A DNA stretch of 64,000 nucleotides from a virus, in IMG/VR virus record IMGVR_UViG_3300023212_000371, positions 121,051 through 185,050 of that record; one strand, written 5' to 3'. How positions within the stretch are numbered: the stretch's first letter is position 1; every line of letters starts with the position of its first letter. The notes below the pieces were generated by a model. That model was not told where the DNA came from. It did not search any database and worked only from the letters and a program-made list of their open reading frames with translations. The position numbers and the translations under genes were made by a program. Positions 18,830-28,093 of this stretch are shown here, in pieces.

Positions 18830-19219
18830 ATGCCGTTTGATAACAATTTTTATTATCCACATTATGATCCTAGAGTTCGTGTTTCTAGTTTCGCTGATAA
18901 CCAAGATGTAGATCTTATTGTTGGGAAAATGCTCCGGCAATTGTTACCATTTGACGGTCAGCAATTAAATGATAAAACAGTTCTAGCCATGCAAAGTATT
19001 GTTGAGCAGTCGGTTTATGACATTTCTCGTCTTGGTGGAAACGGTGATTACGTTCGTGGCGTTGCTGATAAACTATCTTTTAACGGACGTCCAATAAGTT
19101 ATTGGCTTTCATATCTTGGTGTTGATATTCGGCGTGTTTATAACTCTCCAATCCAAGAATCCCCAGAGGATACTTATTGCTTGAAGTGCGATAAGGAGTG
19201 TCCTTGCGAGTGTAAGTAA
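18830..19219 (+). CDS. Hypothetical protein
   Basis: ORF with promoter and GAGG RBS; C-terminal CLKC...CPC. Confidence 0.6.
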   Translation: MPFDNNFYYPHYDPRVRVSSFADNQDVDLIVGKMLRQLLPFDGQQLNDKTVLAMQSIVEQSVYDISRLGGNGDYVRGVADKLSFNGRPISYWLSYLGVDIRRVYNSPIQESPEDTYCLKCDKECPCECK

Positions 19220-19276
19220 AGAAAAATTAAATTGTCTCAAATTATTTTAGAATAACATCATTTAAGGGAAATTGAA

Positions 19277-20773
19277 ATGAGTTTAACCATCGAAGTTTTA
19301 CCATCCAATAAAATATTTTCTGAGTTAGAAAACAATACTACCAGTTTCTTCCATCTATTATCAGAACTTGTTGATAACTCAATTGCTGCTATGGTGGATG
19401 GGTTATGCAGCATCTCTATAGAGATTGTTGCAGATTGGTCGAGCAAAAAGAAATTTTATGAGACAGGACAAATTATTGTTCATGATGATGCTGGCGGTAT
19501 CTCTAGATCGGAAATCGGACAAGCTATTTCACCAGCAGCAAACGCTTGTAAAAACCCAAATTCTCTTAATAGGCATGGTATAGGCGGTAAAATAACTATT
19601 ATGTCTGTAGGCACTAAATTAGACGAGAAATCGGGATTTTTAACAGGAGTTGAAATTACCACAAAAACAAAGTCGGACGACCAGATTACCAAAATTGATC
19701 AGATTGGATTTGGAAAAATCCCTTACTCTACTATCAATGATAATAACATTTTTCCTAAAGGACATGGAACAAGAATTACAATCAAAAATTTAAAACCGAT
19801 CGTTTATTGTAGAAAATCGGATTATACACAAATCATAATTCCATTATTGGGACATAGGTATCAACTTTATTTGAATGGCTCCTTAAACAAGAAGGTAAAA
19901 ATAACCCTCAAACTATTGGATATGGATAGTAACCCAATTGTAAATGCGAAGGGCAATCTCCAAGTATTCGAAATTGTTCCGATAACACCGGTTTTTCAAG
20001 GCGGCTCACCTATTTTAGATACGGTTTTGCACCCTAACAAAGACAACAAAAAAGGTTGGAGAGCACATATGAGATTTGGGTGGAGTCCAAGCAAAGAGGC
20101 ATTGGCCGAAATTGGAACTGATAAAGATCAATGTAGATTATTTGTCAAAAAGAATTCTCCATATTATATCGACAATCGAAAAATAGATCTTATTACGAAT
20201 GGTGTGGTAATTTGTCAGGTTGGATATGATTGGTTATCACCATTTAAAGGAGAAGAAACCATTGAAAGAGATTGGCGCGGTAACAGCCCAAGGCTAATTA
20301 TTACTCTTGAAAATGGTTTCCAAACCACCATCACAAAAGATGCTTTCGTTGATGATGATAATTTAAAAACACTCAAGAAAATAGTTCTTGAGCGTATTAA
20401 GAAATATGCCAATACTGATAAAAGTAGGATAAAAGAAAGCGAAGAAGAGACAAAGAATAGAGTAGAGGCTATGTTGTTGGAGACCTGTGAAAATGTTAAA
20501 AGAGAGCCCACCATCGGAAGTTATGGGCTTAGGGCTGATTTTTCACTAAAAAAGAAAGGGGCACCTCAAATCTGGGAATGTAAAATACAACAAGCTAGCG
20601 TTTCAGATGTAATACAACTAGTAGGATATCTAAAGCTTGATGGCTGTTTAAATGGCAAATTGATAGCGCCAGATTTTAGCGACAATGCCAGAAACCTTGT
20701 GAAAGATTGCTCAGACATTTTCGGAGTAAACGTAGAATTAACTTCCTATAAAGATCTCGGACTTCAACTATAA
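19277..20773 (+). CDS. GHKL (HSP90/MutL-like) ATPase fused to C-terminal NucS-like PD-(D/E)xK nuclease
   Basis: ELVDNSIAA, DDAGG, HGIGGK, GTRITI; C-terminal ADF...WECK...VIQLVGY...GKLIAPDF. Confidence 0.75.
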   Translation: MSLTIEVLPSNKIFSELENNTTSFFHLLSELVDNSIAAMVDGLCSISIEIVADWSSKKKFYETGQIIVHDDAGGISRSEIGQAISPAANACKNPNSLNRHGIGGKITIMSVGTKLDEKSGFLTGVEITTKTKSDDQITKIDQIGFGKIPYSTINDNNIFPKGHGTRITIKNLKPIVYCRKSDYTQIIIPLLGHRYQLYLNGSLNKKVKITLKLLDMDSNPIVNAKGNLQVFEIVPITPVFQGGSPILDTVLHPNKDNKKGWRAHMRFGWSPSKEALAEIGTDKDQCRLFVKKNSPYYIDNRKIDLITNGVVICQVGYDWLSPFKGEETIERDWRGNSPRLIITLENGFQTTITKDAFVDDDNLKTLKKIVLERIKKYANTDKSRIKESEEETKNRVEAMLLETCENVKREPTIGSYGLRADFSLKKKGAPQIWECKIQQASVSDVIQLVGYLKLDGCLNGKLIAPDFSDNARNLVKDCSDIFGVNVELTSYKDLGLQL

Positions 20774-20777
20774 TAAA

Positions 20778-22658
20778 ATGAAATTTTATCATCTTCTTTT
20801 CTTCTTCCTCACCAGTTGCGGAGCCCTCACCCTCTTCTCTCCCGTTCCTGCTCCCATCCAGCCTCGCCCTATCCAATATCTTTCGGGCTCCTCTTTTCAT
20901 CCCGAAATTACCAATGGGCTTTCTAACGAAGACCGCGGCACTTACTATCACTTTGATGAAGGGATTCAGTGGCTTCCCACTGATGTTATGCTTTCATTGA
21001 AACGTCCCTCTTCTAACGTGTTTAAGGTAATGGATGAATTACTGTTAGCTAAGCCAGAACGTTTTGGTCTTCTCCCCAATTACATTGATGTGCTTTATCC
21101 TAACCAACTTAATCCACAAGCGGACATCCCTTTAGGAATTACTATTTCCACCAACACCGATTATGTTCCTATGTCCGGAATATCATGCAGCTCATGTCAT
21201 ACTACCATTATTTCTAATTCCGAAGGACATTTCTTCTTAGTTGATGGGGCTCCTTCTCGTTTTGCGGTAGATCGTTTCGTGGCGGAAATGGTCAAATCTT
21301 TGGCGGCTACTTTGGCTAATCCAGTAGAATTTGAAGCCTTTTATGAGCGCTTTAAAGCTCGTCTTCATTTTGGAATGGGGGAAAGTTATGATCGATTAAT
21401 ATTGCTCAGTTCGCTGAGACTCAAAGATCATCCTGACCTTAAGGCTCTAGCTCCAGTAGTAGAAAAAGCCTTTAATACCAATGATTGTCAAGAATTGCAA
21501 ACCAAACTTTCTACTATTTCTAATCCCATTACCTATCGTTTTCAGCGTTTTACAACCCTTGATTCTGCCTATCCAACTTATGCTATGCTTGGCAATCAAC
21601 AGGGAATGTATTTCTATTTGGTCAAGCGTTTCATCTTCTTGTTGGAACAAACGAAATATGGAACGGCTGACAAAGATTCTTTGGTGGCAGAAAGTGGATT
21701 GGGGCGAGCTAACCCATGGAGTGTAGCAAAGAAACTCATCTCCGATAAATATTTCCATCTCAAAAACGCAGTCCATGTAGAAGGTGGGCCAGTAAGCACT
21801 CCCTATATGTGGGATTATGATCGCCAAACTTGGGTCTTTTGGAGCGGAACCACTAACTCTATGCTGGAACGCAATTTGGCTCAATGCACTACTCTTTTGA
21901 CCGATTTTAATGAGAAAACTTACGAGACCACCTGCTCCGTCAAGAAACTTCAGGACATTTCTTATTATGCTCAAAAAATTCAAGCTCCCAAGTGGCCCGA
22001 AGCAATTTTAGGCAGCATCGATACCGATAAAGCTAATAAGGGCAAAATCATCTTTCAGGATAAATGTTTAAATTGCCATGATCCCAAAGCTTCTTATACT
22101 CTCACCGGAACCGCTTCTTATACCTATATAAGTGTTGGAACTGATCCTAACTATATTCAAGGACAACTGGAATTAATTAATAAGAAAGATATTTTTACTG
22201 GTATGATTGCACCATGGATTAATCATGTAAAGGAAGTAGCCGCCCTTCAAATAGAAGGTTTAATTTATATAGATTTGTTAAATTATGAGAATGGAAGATT
22301 GCCAGCTACATGGCGCAGTCCAGAGTTGAATCGAATCGAAGCGAAACCACTTGCTGGTGTCTGGGCTACTGCACCTTATCTTCATAATGGAAGCGTGCCC
22401 ACTATTTGGGATTTATTGCAACCAGTGGATCAGCGCCCCCATCGATTTCATATTGGCGGGTTTGTTTATGATACCAAAAAGCTTGGATATATTGGAGATG
22501 AGAATTTGCCGGATGGATTTGAGTTCGAGGTAAATTGTTTGCATTGTCAAGGGAATAGCAATCAAGGACATGAATTTGGTACCGAGCTAAGTTCGGAAGA
22601 TAAATGGAACTTGATTGAATTTCTCAAGTCCTATAATAATGAGACAACATTTAAATGA
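20778..22658 (+). CDS. RoxA-like di-heme c-type cytochrome, probable lipoprotein
   Basis: Two CxxCH (CSSCH, CLNCH); KPLAGVWATAPYLHNGSVPT; GNSNQGHEFG; LTSC lipobox-like signal. Confidence 0.8.
   Translation: MKFYHLLFFFLTSCGALTLFSPVPAPIQPRPIQYLSGSSFHPEITNGLSNEDRGTYYHFDEGIQWLPTDVMLSLKRPSSNVFKVMDELLLAKPERFGLLPNYIDVLYPNQLNPQADIPLGITISTNTDYVPMSGISCSSCHTTIISNSEGHFFLVDGAPSRFAVDRFVAEMVKSLAATLANPVEFEAFYERFKARLHFGMGESYDRLILLSSLRLKDHPDLKALAPVVEKAFNTNDCQELQTKLSTISNPITYRFQRFTTLDSAYPTYAMLGNQQGMYFYLVKRFIFLLEQTKYGTADKDSLVAESGLGRANPWSVAKKLISDKYFHLKNAVHVEGGPVSTPYMWDYDRQTWVFWSGTTNSMLERNLAQCTTLLTDFNEKTYETTCSVKKLQDISYYAQKIQAPKWPEAILGSIDTDKANKGKIIFQDKCLNCHDPKASYTLTGTASYTYISVGTDPNYIQGQLELINKKDIFTGMIAPWINHVKEVAALQIEGLIYIDLLNYENGRLPATWRSPELNRIEAKPLAGVWATAPYLHNGSVPTIWDLLQPVDQRPHRFHIGGFVYDTKKLGYIGDENLPDGFEFEVNCLHCQGNSNQGHEFGTELSSEDKWNLIEFLKSYNNETTFK
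21401..21420. repeat. Dispersed 20-bp hairpin, copy 2 (inside the cytochrome CDS)
   Basis: Identical to copy 1. Confidence 0.8.
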
Positions 22659-22876
22659 ATTTCTGCGATTTTTGTCCTTGTGAATCTTGTAAGTTTGGAG
22701 ACAAACATCTCTCGCACGCCCAAACAGATGATGGTAAATGGATCTGCGACGTATGCTGGCGTTATGAAATTTGTATGGAAACCAAGATGGCATTACTTGG
22801 AAAACATGATGGGCCTTGTGATAATTTGGATTGTGAGCACCGACCTAAATTGATAACAGAATGGAAAAAATTATGA
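22655..22876 (+). CDS. Small Cys-rich protein
   Basis: CDFCPCESC...CDVC...C; ATGA overlap. Confidence 0.55.
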   Translation: MNFCDFCPCESCKFGDKHLSHAQTDDGKWICDVCWRYEICMETKMALLGKHDGPCDNLDCEHRPKLITEWKKL

Positions 22877-23079
22877 TTAAATCATCGAAACAGATTACTC
22901 CAGAAATAATTGAATCTTATATTGCTGAAATGGAATTAGAAGTGAAACGTAGAAAAAAATTGAGTTCTTCTTGGAAAAAAGGTAAACCGCCTATGATTTT
23001 CGATGGCAATGACTTAGCTATTAATACTTATGAAGAAATGATTAGAGTTCTTAAGACGCTGATTGATAATAAGACATGA
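22861..23079 (+). CDS. Hypothetical protein
   Basis: ORF. Confidence 0.45.
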   Translation: MEKIMIKSSKQITPEIIESYIAEMELEVKRRKKLSSSWKKGKPPMIFDGNDLAINTYEEMIRVLKTLIDNKT

Positions 23080-23097
23080 AGCGATTTAGGAATTGGA

Positions 23098-23535
23098 ATG
23101 TTTGATATTGAACAAATCATCGATAAATTAAATATCGCTAAAGAGGATACTCCTGAGCAAAGAGAAGCAAAAATTGAAGCCGTCCTTGGCGTTTCTATTG
23201 AGAAGATGAGGCAAGCCTTGGAAAAGAAAATCCAAGAGCAAGCTGATAAGTTAGTGCCTGATTTGATTAATGTGGCGCCATATGGAGATTATGGCAACCT
23301 AATAGAAGACAGTGATAAAATTATTGGGTTTCTCAAAGAAGAGGCGTCCCAAGCTAAAAACTGGAAAATTACTGCCATTACTCTAGATGGAGGGGAACGT
23401 CTTGGAGAAAGTGATGGTTTCGGATTTAGTTTTGTCAATACTGCGGTAGATGAAGGAGATCTTTTATACGGACGTGTATTTGTGGGAGGCGGCGGGGAAA
23501 TTAGACATGTGATGGTATATGTGGATGATATATAA
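23098..23535 (+). CDS. Hypothetical protein
   Basis: ORF with AGGA RBS. Confidence 0.6.
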   Translation: MFDIEQIIDKLNIAKEDTPEQREAKIEAVLGVSIEKMRQALEKKIQEQADKLVPDLINVAPYGDYGNLIEDSDKIIGFLKEEASQAKNWKITAITLDGGERLGESDGFGFSFVNTAVDEGDLLYGRVFVGGGGEIRHVMVYVDDI

Positions 23536-23538
23536 GAT

Positions 23539-23817
23539 TTGGAAGGAAGATTCATGAAATTTATCGAGTTAAAGTTCGAACGACATCCACTGGGCATAGA
23601 CGGTGTTCAAGCACGCGTGACGTTTGCCAATGGCTATGGCGCCTCCGTCATTAAGTACCCGTATTCATATGGTGCCGAAGAAGGGTTGTATGAACTCGCG
23701 GTTTTCGGCAAGGACGGACAACTTACCTACGACACGCCGATCACTGATGACGTGATTGGGTATCTCACGCCGGAAGAAGTTGAGGAACTTCTCGATCGAA
23801 TCGAGGACTTATCATGA
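23539..23817 (+). CDS. Hypothetical phage protein (locally GC-rich)
   Basis: FANGYGASVI...SYG...GLYELAV; true start probably ATG 23554. Confidence 0.6.
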   Translation: MEGRFMKFIELKFERHPLGIDGVQARVTFANGYGASVIKYPYSYGAEEGLYELAVFGKDGQLTYDTPITDDVIGYLTPEEVEELLDRIEDLS

Positions 23818-24851
23818 AATCTATTCATTATTTAGTGCTTGGCTTATTGTTGCTGATTGGGTGTCCCGGAGAAGTTGTTAATCCTGATGGCGGTAGCTTG
23901 GGCGATGCTATGGATGTAGTAGATGCGGGAATGGAAGCAGATGCATCTGGAGATAGTCAGGTGAAAGATGTGATAAGTGAAGGGGACGGAGGATTGAATT
24001 TTGATTTCTGGTCTTGTGGCAACGAGCCCATTTCATATCACGATGGCCCGGTCATGGTTGAACCAATTAAAATTTTTGTATTATGGTATGGCAATTGGAT
24101 TAATAACAATAAAACGGTGCCAATTGTCGAACAATTTATCATTGACCTTAATGGAAGTCCGTGGTTTAGCACCACTTCTACCTACTATGAAACTCTTCCT
24201 ATAGATATGATTGCTCCTGCTCAGGGCGTTATGGGACGTGCCTATGCTACCAACAATTTGATTTTAACCAAAAGTGTTTTTATTAGCAGCGCCACTCATG
24301 GAAACAATCTTTCAATGTCAGATGTGTTCGCTATTGTTACAGATGCAATTAATGACCAATCTGTTCCAAATGATCCTACAGCGGCGTATTTAGTTTTGAC
24401 TAGTTCTGATATTAACCAATATGATGGATTTGAGAGCGCCTGTCAAGCATATTGTGGTTTTCATAACCATAAAATTTACAACGCTGTAGATGTCAAATTT
24501 GCATGGATTGGAGATCCTGCTCGTTGCTTAGATGTATGTTCAGCAAAATCCAAATATGACCTTTATGGTATTTCTCATTCGCCGAACTTTGATTGGAGTG
24601 CAGACGCTATGGTTTCTGTGATTGCGCATGAACTGACAGAAATAATTACAGACTATGCTTACGATACAGCTCCAGCATGGACAGATAGATATGGATGGGA
24701 AAATGCAGATAAAGGCGCATGGACATTTGGACAAGTCTATAAAACTGATAGCGGATCAGTTGCTAATGTTCATTTAGGTGATCGAGATTATCTACTTCAA
24801 CAGAATTGGACATTGTTTGATGGCGGGCAAGGATGTGCATTGCATCCATAG
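23814..24851 (+). CDS. Phosphate-induced protein 1 (Phi-1/EXORDIUM-like) domain lipoprotein
   Basis: LLLIGC lipobox; YHDGPVM...VLWYG; YCGFH; IAHELTEIITD; ENADK; YLLQQNW. Confidence 0.7.
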   Translation: MKSIHYLVLGLLLLIGCPGEVVNPDGGSLGDAMDVVDAGMEADASGDSQVKDVISEGDGGLNFDFWSCGNEPISYHDGPVMVEPIKIFVLWYGNWINNNKTVPIVEQFIIDLNGSPWFSTTSTYYETLPIDMIAPAQGVMGRAYATNNLILTKSVFISSATHGNNLSMSDVFAIVTDAINDQSVPNDPTAAYLVLTSSDINQYDGFESACQAYCGFHNHKIYNAVDVKFAWIGDPARCLDVCSAKSKYDLYGISHSPNFDWSADAMVSVIAHELTEIITDYAYDTAPAWTDRYGWENADKGAWTFGQVYKTDSGSVANVHLGDRDYLLQQNWTLFDGGQGCALHP

Positions 24852-24925
24852 AATTATGCAAATGAACAAATGCACGTCGTATCCAAATGAAGAATTCTGA
24901 TATTGGCATATCATTTTTAGCCCAA

Positions 24926-26065
24926 TTACAATTCAATACAACAAGGAACAACATTATTTATAATATGTTTTTGATTATTATCAAATCTATCTAATCCGTT
25001 ATAATGGTATATACTATGGTTATTTTTATACCTTTTAACGATATTGGAATTAATTGCAGGTTTTCCGCAATACCAACAATCTAATTGCGAGAGCATGTAA
25101 AATTGTTCTACAGTTAAATCTCCATCATTGTATCCAACAGATATAAATATACGATTAGCTAACGTTATTAATGGATGCCGCTTTCTAATCGGACAATATG
25201 GACATCGTTGGCCGCAAGATCTAGTTGCGCCTTCTTTGAGATGCCCTAAACCCTTAATGCAGGGGCTGCCACAATCACATATGCAATTTACCCATGTTTT
25301 CTTGTTTTTCCTAAAAGTAGAAAGCACTGTCAAACTGCCATATTTATTTGAAACATCGTTAATATTAGGTGATATCTTTGTTGGAATGGTAATACCTTGA
25401 TTTTCAGCGTATTGTAATAATTGGGCAGTTTTAGGACATGCATTAGATTTCTTTTTACAAAAATTATTTACTTGAATAATCCATTGAATAAATTCTTCCT
25501 GACTTTTTTCAGCTTTTGCTCGATTGCAATTAATGCAGGCAGATACAACGTTATCTAAATTATGTGGCTTGAAACTATTTATCCTATCTAAACCATTGTA
25601 TATAAACATTCCATTTTCGATGGAGAATTGAGATGATGTCTCAGCGCTTGGGGTTGAAAATGAATTCCATTTATTGGAAGGTGATTTACCACAGTAAAAA
25701 CAATTTTGTTGAGATAGTAGATAAAACATCTCAAAAGTTAAATTTCCGTCTTGATAATTTGTTCTGAAAATTGTTTTAGCGGATGTAATAATAGGATCTT
25801 GTTTTCTACTGGTGCTGAATTGGCACCCGCGCCCGCAAGAACCAATTCTTGCAAGTTTCCAATCCCCGAGGCGCACAATTTTATCAATACCGCATGCACA
25901 CCGAATCTTAATTGCACTTATTTTATGTCCTCTGTTGTCATAAAGAATATGTTCTGTCTCTACGATTTCGCAGCTTTTGTATTTTTCTCCAACAGAACCC
26001 AATAATTCCATATTCAATGATATATCACATATTAAAGGCATAAAACAACATATTATCAACAACAA
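24926..26065 (-). CDS. Duplicated-domain HNH-type homing endonuclease, frameshifted near C-terminus
   Basis: Two CxYCG...YNGLDR...NVV..C..CN units; the second continues as CNWAKND in the 24763-24954 frame after a 1-nt shift near 24931. Confidence 0.7.
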   Translation of the reverse strand: MLLIICCFMPLICDISLNMELLGSVGEKYKSCEIVETEHILYDNRGHKISAIKIRCACGIDKIVRLGDWKLARIGSCGRGCQFSTSRKQDPIITSAKTIFRTNYQDGNLTFEMFYLLSQQNCFYCGKSPSNKWNSFSTPSAETSSQFSIENGMFIYNGLDRINSFKPHNLDNVVSACINCNRAKAEKSQEEFIQWIIQVNNFCKKKSNACPKTAQLLQYAENQGITIPTKISPNINDVSNKYGSLTVLSTFRKNKKTWVNCICDCGSPCIKGLGHLKEGATRSCGQRCPYCPIRKRHPLITLANRIFISVGYNDGDLTVEQFYMLSQLDCWYCGKPAINSNIVKRYKNNHSIYHYNGLDRFDNNQKHIINNVVPCCIEL

Positions 26066-26089
26066 GGGAGTTTAGTTCATTTAGAAGAA

Positions 26090-26250
26090 CGCGACAATAG
26101 CATTGTCGATGTGCTGGGAGCGTAGCCCAGAACTTCCACTAACTCGCGCTTATCTCACTTGTTGAGGTAAGTAGATCGAGTAAAAATTATGGCAATTGAT
26201 TGCTCGGTACGCCGAGACCGCCACTAGTAGAACACAGACTGGTGGCACTG
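26090..26250. ncRNA. Candidate structured RNA (chain of hairpins)
   Basis: CGACAAT/ATTGTCG, CTGGG/CCCAG, CTTATCTCA/TGAGGTAAG, CTCGG/CCGAG, GCCACTAGT/ACTGGTGGC; no family recognised. Confidence 0.3.
26199..26218. repeat. Dispersed 20-bp hairpin, copy 3
   Basis: ATTGCTCGG-TACG-CCGAGAC (compensatory change). Confidence 0.8.
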
Positions 26251-26289
26251 CCGAACACTTGATATAGTTGTACTATAGAGAGGAAACTA

Positions 26290-26568
26290 ATGCAACAACT
26301 TAGAATTATCATGGAAGCCAACGAGAACGGACTATTGACTGCTGCAAATACTAACGTCTATTTGGATGATGAGCGGATTGGACTTATTCAAGACATCAAA
26401 ATTCATGCAGATGTTTTCAAATCATCTCCTCAAGTAGAAATTACCTTTCCTATAATTTTACCGGATAATCACCCCTTAAACGATCAGGTAGCTTATTATA
26501 CTGGAGCACTTTCTGTTTTTCCCAATGTTTTGGTAATGGTTAAAGCGAATGAAGATATTCGCCCATAG
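26290..26568 (+). CDS. Hypothetical protein
   Basis: ORF with GAGGA RBS. Confidence 0.6.
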   Translation: MQQLRIIMEANENGLLTAANTNVYLDDERIGLIQDIKIHADVFKSSPQVEITFPIILPDNHPLNDQVAYYTGALSVFPNVLVMVKANEDIRP

Positions 26569-26658
26569 GAATGTATGAATTAGTGAATCGACATTTCCAT
26601 GCAGATTATTGCCGAGTAGGGAAGCATCCACAGAAATGCAATCATGCACTAGAATTAT

Positions 26659-26678
26659 ATTGCTCAGTATGCTGAGGC
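26659..26678. repeat. Dispersed 20-bp hairpin, copy 4
   Basis: ATTGCTCAG-TATG-CTGAGGC. Confidence 0.7.
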
Positions 26679-26719
26679 GTGCCTCCTGAGTAAATATAGC
26701 AACACGGAAGACAATAAAG

Positions 26720-27055
26720 ATGTTTAAATCCTATAGCTGGAAATATCTGGATTATGACTCAAAAACAGATCAATGGCGATACGAAATCACTATCATGGAT
26801 GTTGATTTTACTGAACCCGTTGCCGCCTCGGCCATCACAGCTGACTGGACCATCAACGACATCGCCGACGCCCTGATCGATATTTACTCTCGAAGAAATC
26901 TCAATGTGGCTGGCAATTTAGTATTGTTTATGCAATATGTAGAAAATAAATGGCCATGGCGAGATATTAAACGGCAAATTAAATGGTATCAGAAATACGT
27001 TCCCGGATATCAAAAATATCATGATCAAGTAATGGACTATCTAATATTTATGTGA
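26720..27055 (+). CDS. ~110-aa multicopy family protein, copy 4
   Basis: Family motifs. Confidence 0.8.
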   Translation: MFKSYSWKYLDYDSKTDQWRYEITIMDVDFTEPVAASAITADWTINDIADALIDIYSRRNLNVAGNLVLFMQYVENKWPWRDIKRQIKWYQKYVPGYQKYHDQVMDYLIFM

Positions 27056-27067
27056 TAAAGAAGAAAA

Positions 27068-27415
27068 ATGTTTAGATTTTATGATTGGAAATGTTTTGAA
27101 TCTATTTATGAAACAGAAAAATCGCAATATGAAATTACTATCGTGGATGATGATTTTATTGAAATCGAAATGATCAGCGTGGGCTTAAGAGGCAATGGTT
27201 CTCTCACCGATATCATCGCCACTTTTCACGCTATAATCAATACTTATTCTCGAAGAAATCTCAATGTAGCTGGAAACCTAGTTTTGTTGATGCAGTTTAT
27301 AGAACATAAATGGCCATCTATGGATATTAAATGGCAAATTGAGATTTGCCAGCAATTCATTTCAGAGTATCGGGAATACCATGATCAAGTAATGGATTAT
27401 TTAATATTTTGGTGA
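27068..27415 (+). CDS. ~110-aa multicopy family protein, copy 5
   Basis: Family motifs; longest variable segment (23 codons). Confidence 0.8.
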   Translation: MFRFYDWKCFESIYETEKSQYEITIVDDDFIEIEMISVGLRGNGSLTDIIATFHAIINTYSRRNLNVAGNLVLLMQFIEHKWPSMDIKWQIEICQQFISEYREYHDQVMDYLIFW

Positions 27416-27425
27416 TAAAGAAGAA

Positions 27426-27459
27426 AAAGATGTTTAAATCCTATAGCTGGAAATATCTG
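27426..27459 (+). repeat. 34-nt exact duplicate of 26716-26749 (5' stub of a family copy)
   Basis: AAAGATGTTTAAATCCTATAGCTGGAAATATCTG at both sites. Confidence 0.85.
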
Positions 27460-27493
27460 AGTTATACTTAAAAAACGTTCAGCCTCTATACAA

Positions 27494-28093
27494 ATGATGG
27501 AAAGAAAGACTCTTAATCTTGGCGGGATCGTTGATTATGATCCTAATTTTTTGTCTCAAGAAGTAGCTGATGGACTGTTTGTTGCCTTACTTAAAGCTGT
27601 AAATTGGGAGCAGCATTACTATACAAACTACAAAACGGGCGCCAAACTTCCAGTTCCGCGCCACACAGCTTGGTATGCTGATAGTCCCAAAATGGCATAT
27701 TCTTATTCCGGGATCACTGAAAAAGTTCAGCCATGGCTTCCATCTCTTCTCGATCTTAGATCCCAGATAGAAAACATTACAGGAGCTACCTACAATAGTG
27801 TTCTTCTTAACTTATATCGTAATGGTCGAGACAGTGTTGGGATGCACGCTGACAATGAAAAGGAATTGGGTATTGATGCTAATATTGCTTCGGTATCATT
27901 GGGCGTTACTCGTCTTTTCCAAATGCGCCAAATAGATGGTGCTGATTATGAACAATATCTTCTAACCCATGGCTCTTTATTAATCATGAGCGGCACCACT
28001 CAACATCATTTTAAACATAGTGTTCCCAAAGATCCAAACGTTACCGAACCACGGATTAATCTAACATTTAGAAAGTTCTTAAATGACTCCTAA
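27494..28093 (+). CDS. alkB: AlkB-like 2OG-Fe(II) dioxygenase (ALKBH2/3 type)
   Basis: PRHTAWY, NSVLLNLYRNGRDSVGMHADNE, SVSLG, HSVPK, RINLTFR. Confidence 0.9.
   Translation: MMERKTLNLGGIVDYDPNFLSQEVADGLFVALLKAVNWEQHYYTNYKTGAKLPVPRHTAWYADSPKMAYSYSGITEKVQPWLPSLLDLRSQIENITGATYNSVLLNLYRNGRDSVGMHADNEKELGIDANIASVSLGVTRLFQMRQIDGADYEQYLLTHGSLLIMSGTTQHHFKHSVPKDPNVTEPRINLTFRKFLNDS

Noticed and set aside
20778-22658. Assigning rubber-degrading activity
   Set aside because: The motifs define the RoxA-like fold, not the substrate.
24763-24954. Programmed frameshifts here and near 5960 and 6200
   Set aside because: No slippery heptamer with downstream structure; single-base indels are better explained by decay or sequencing error.
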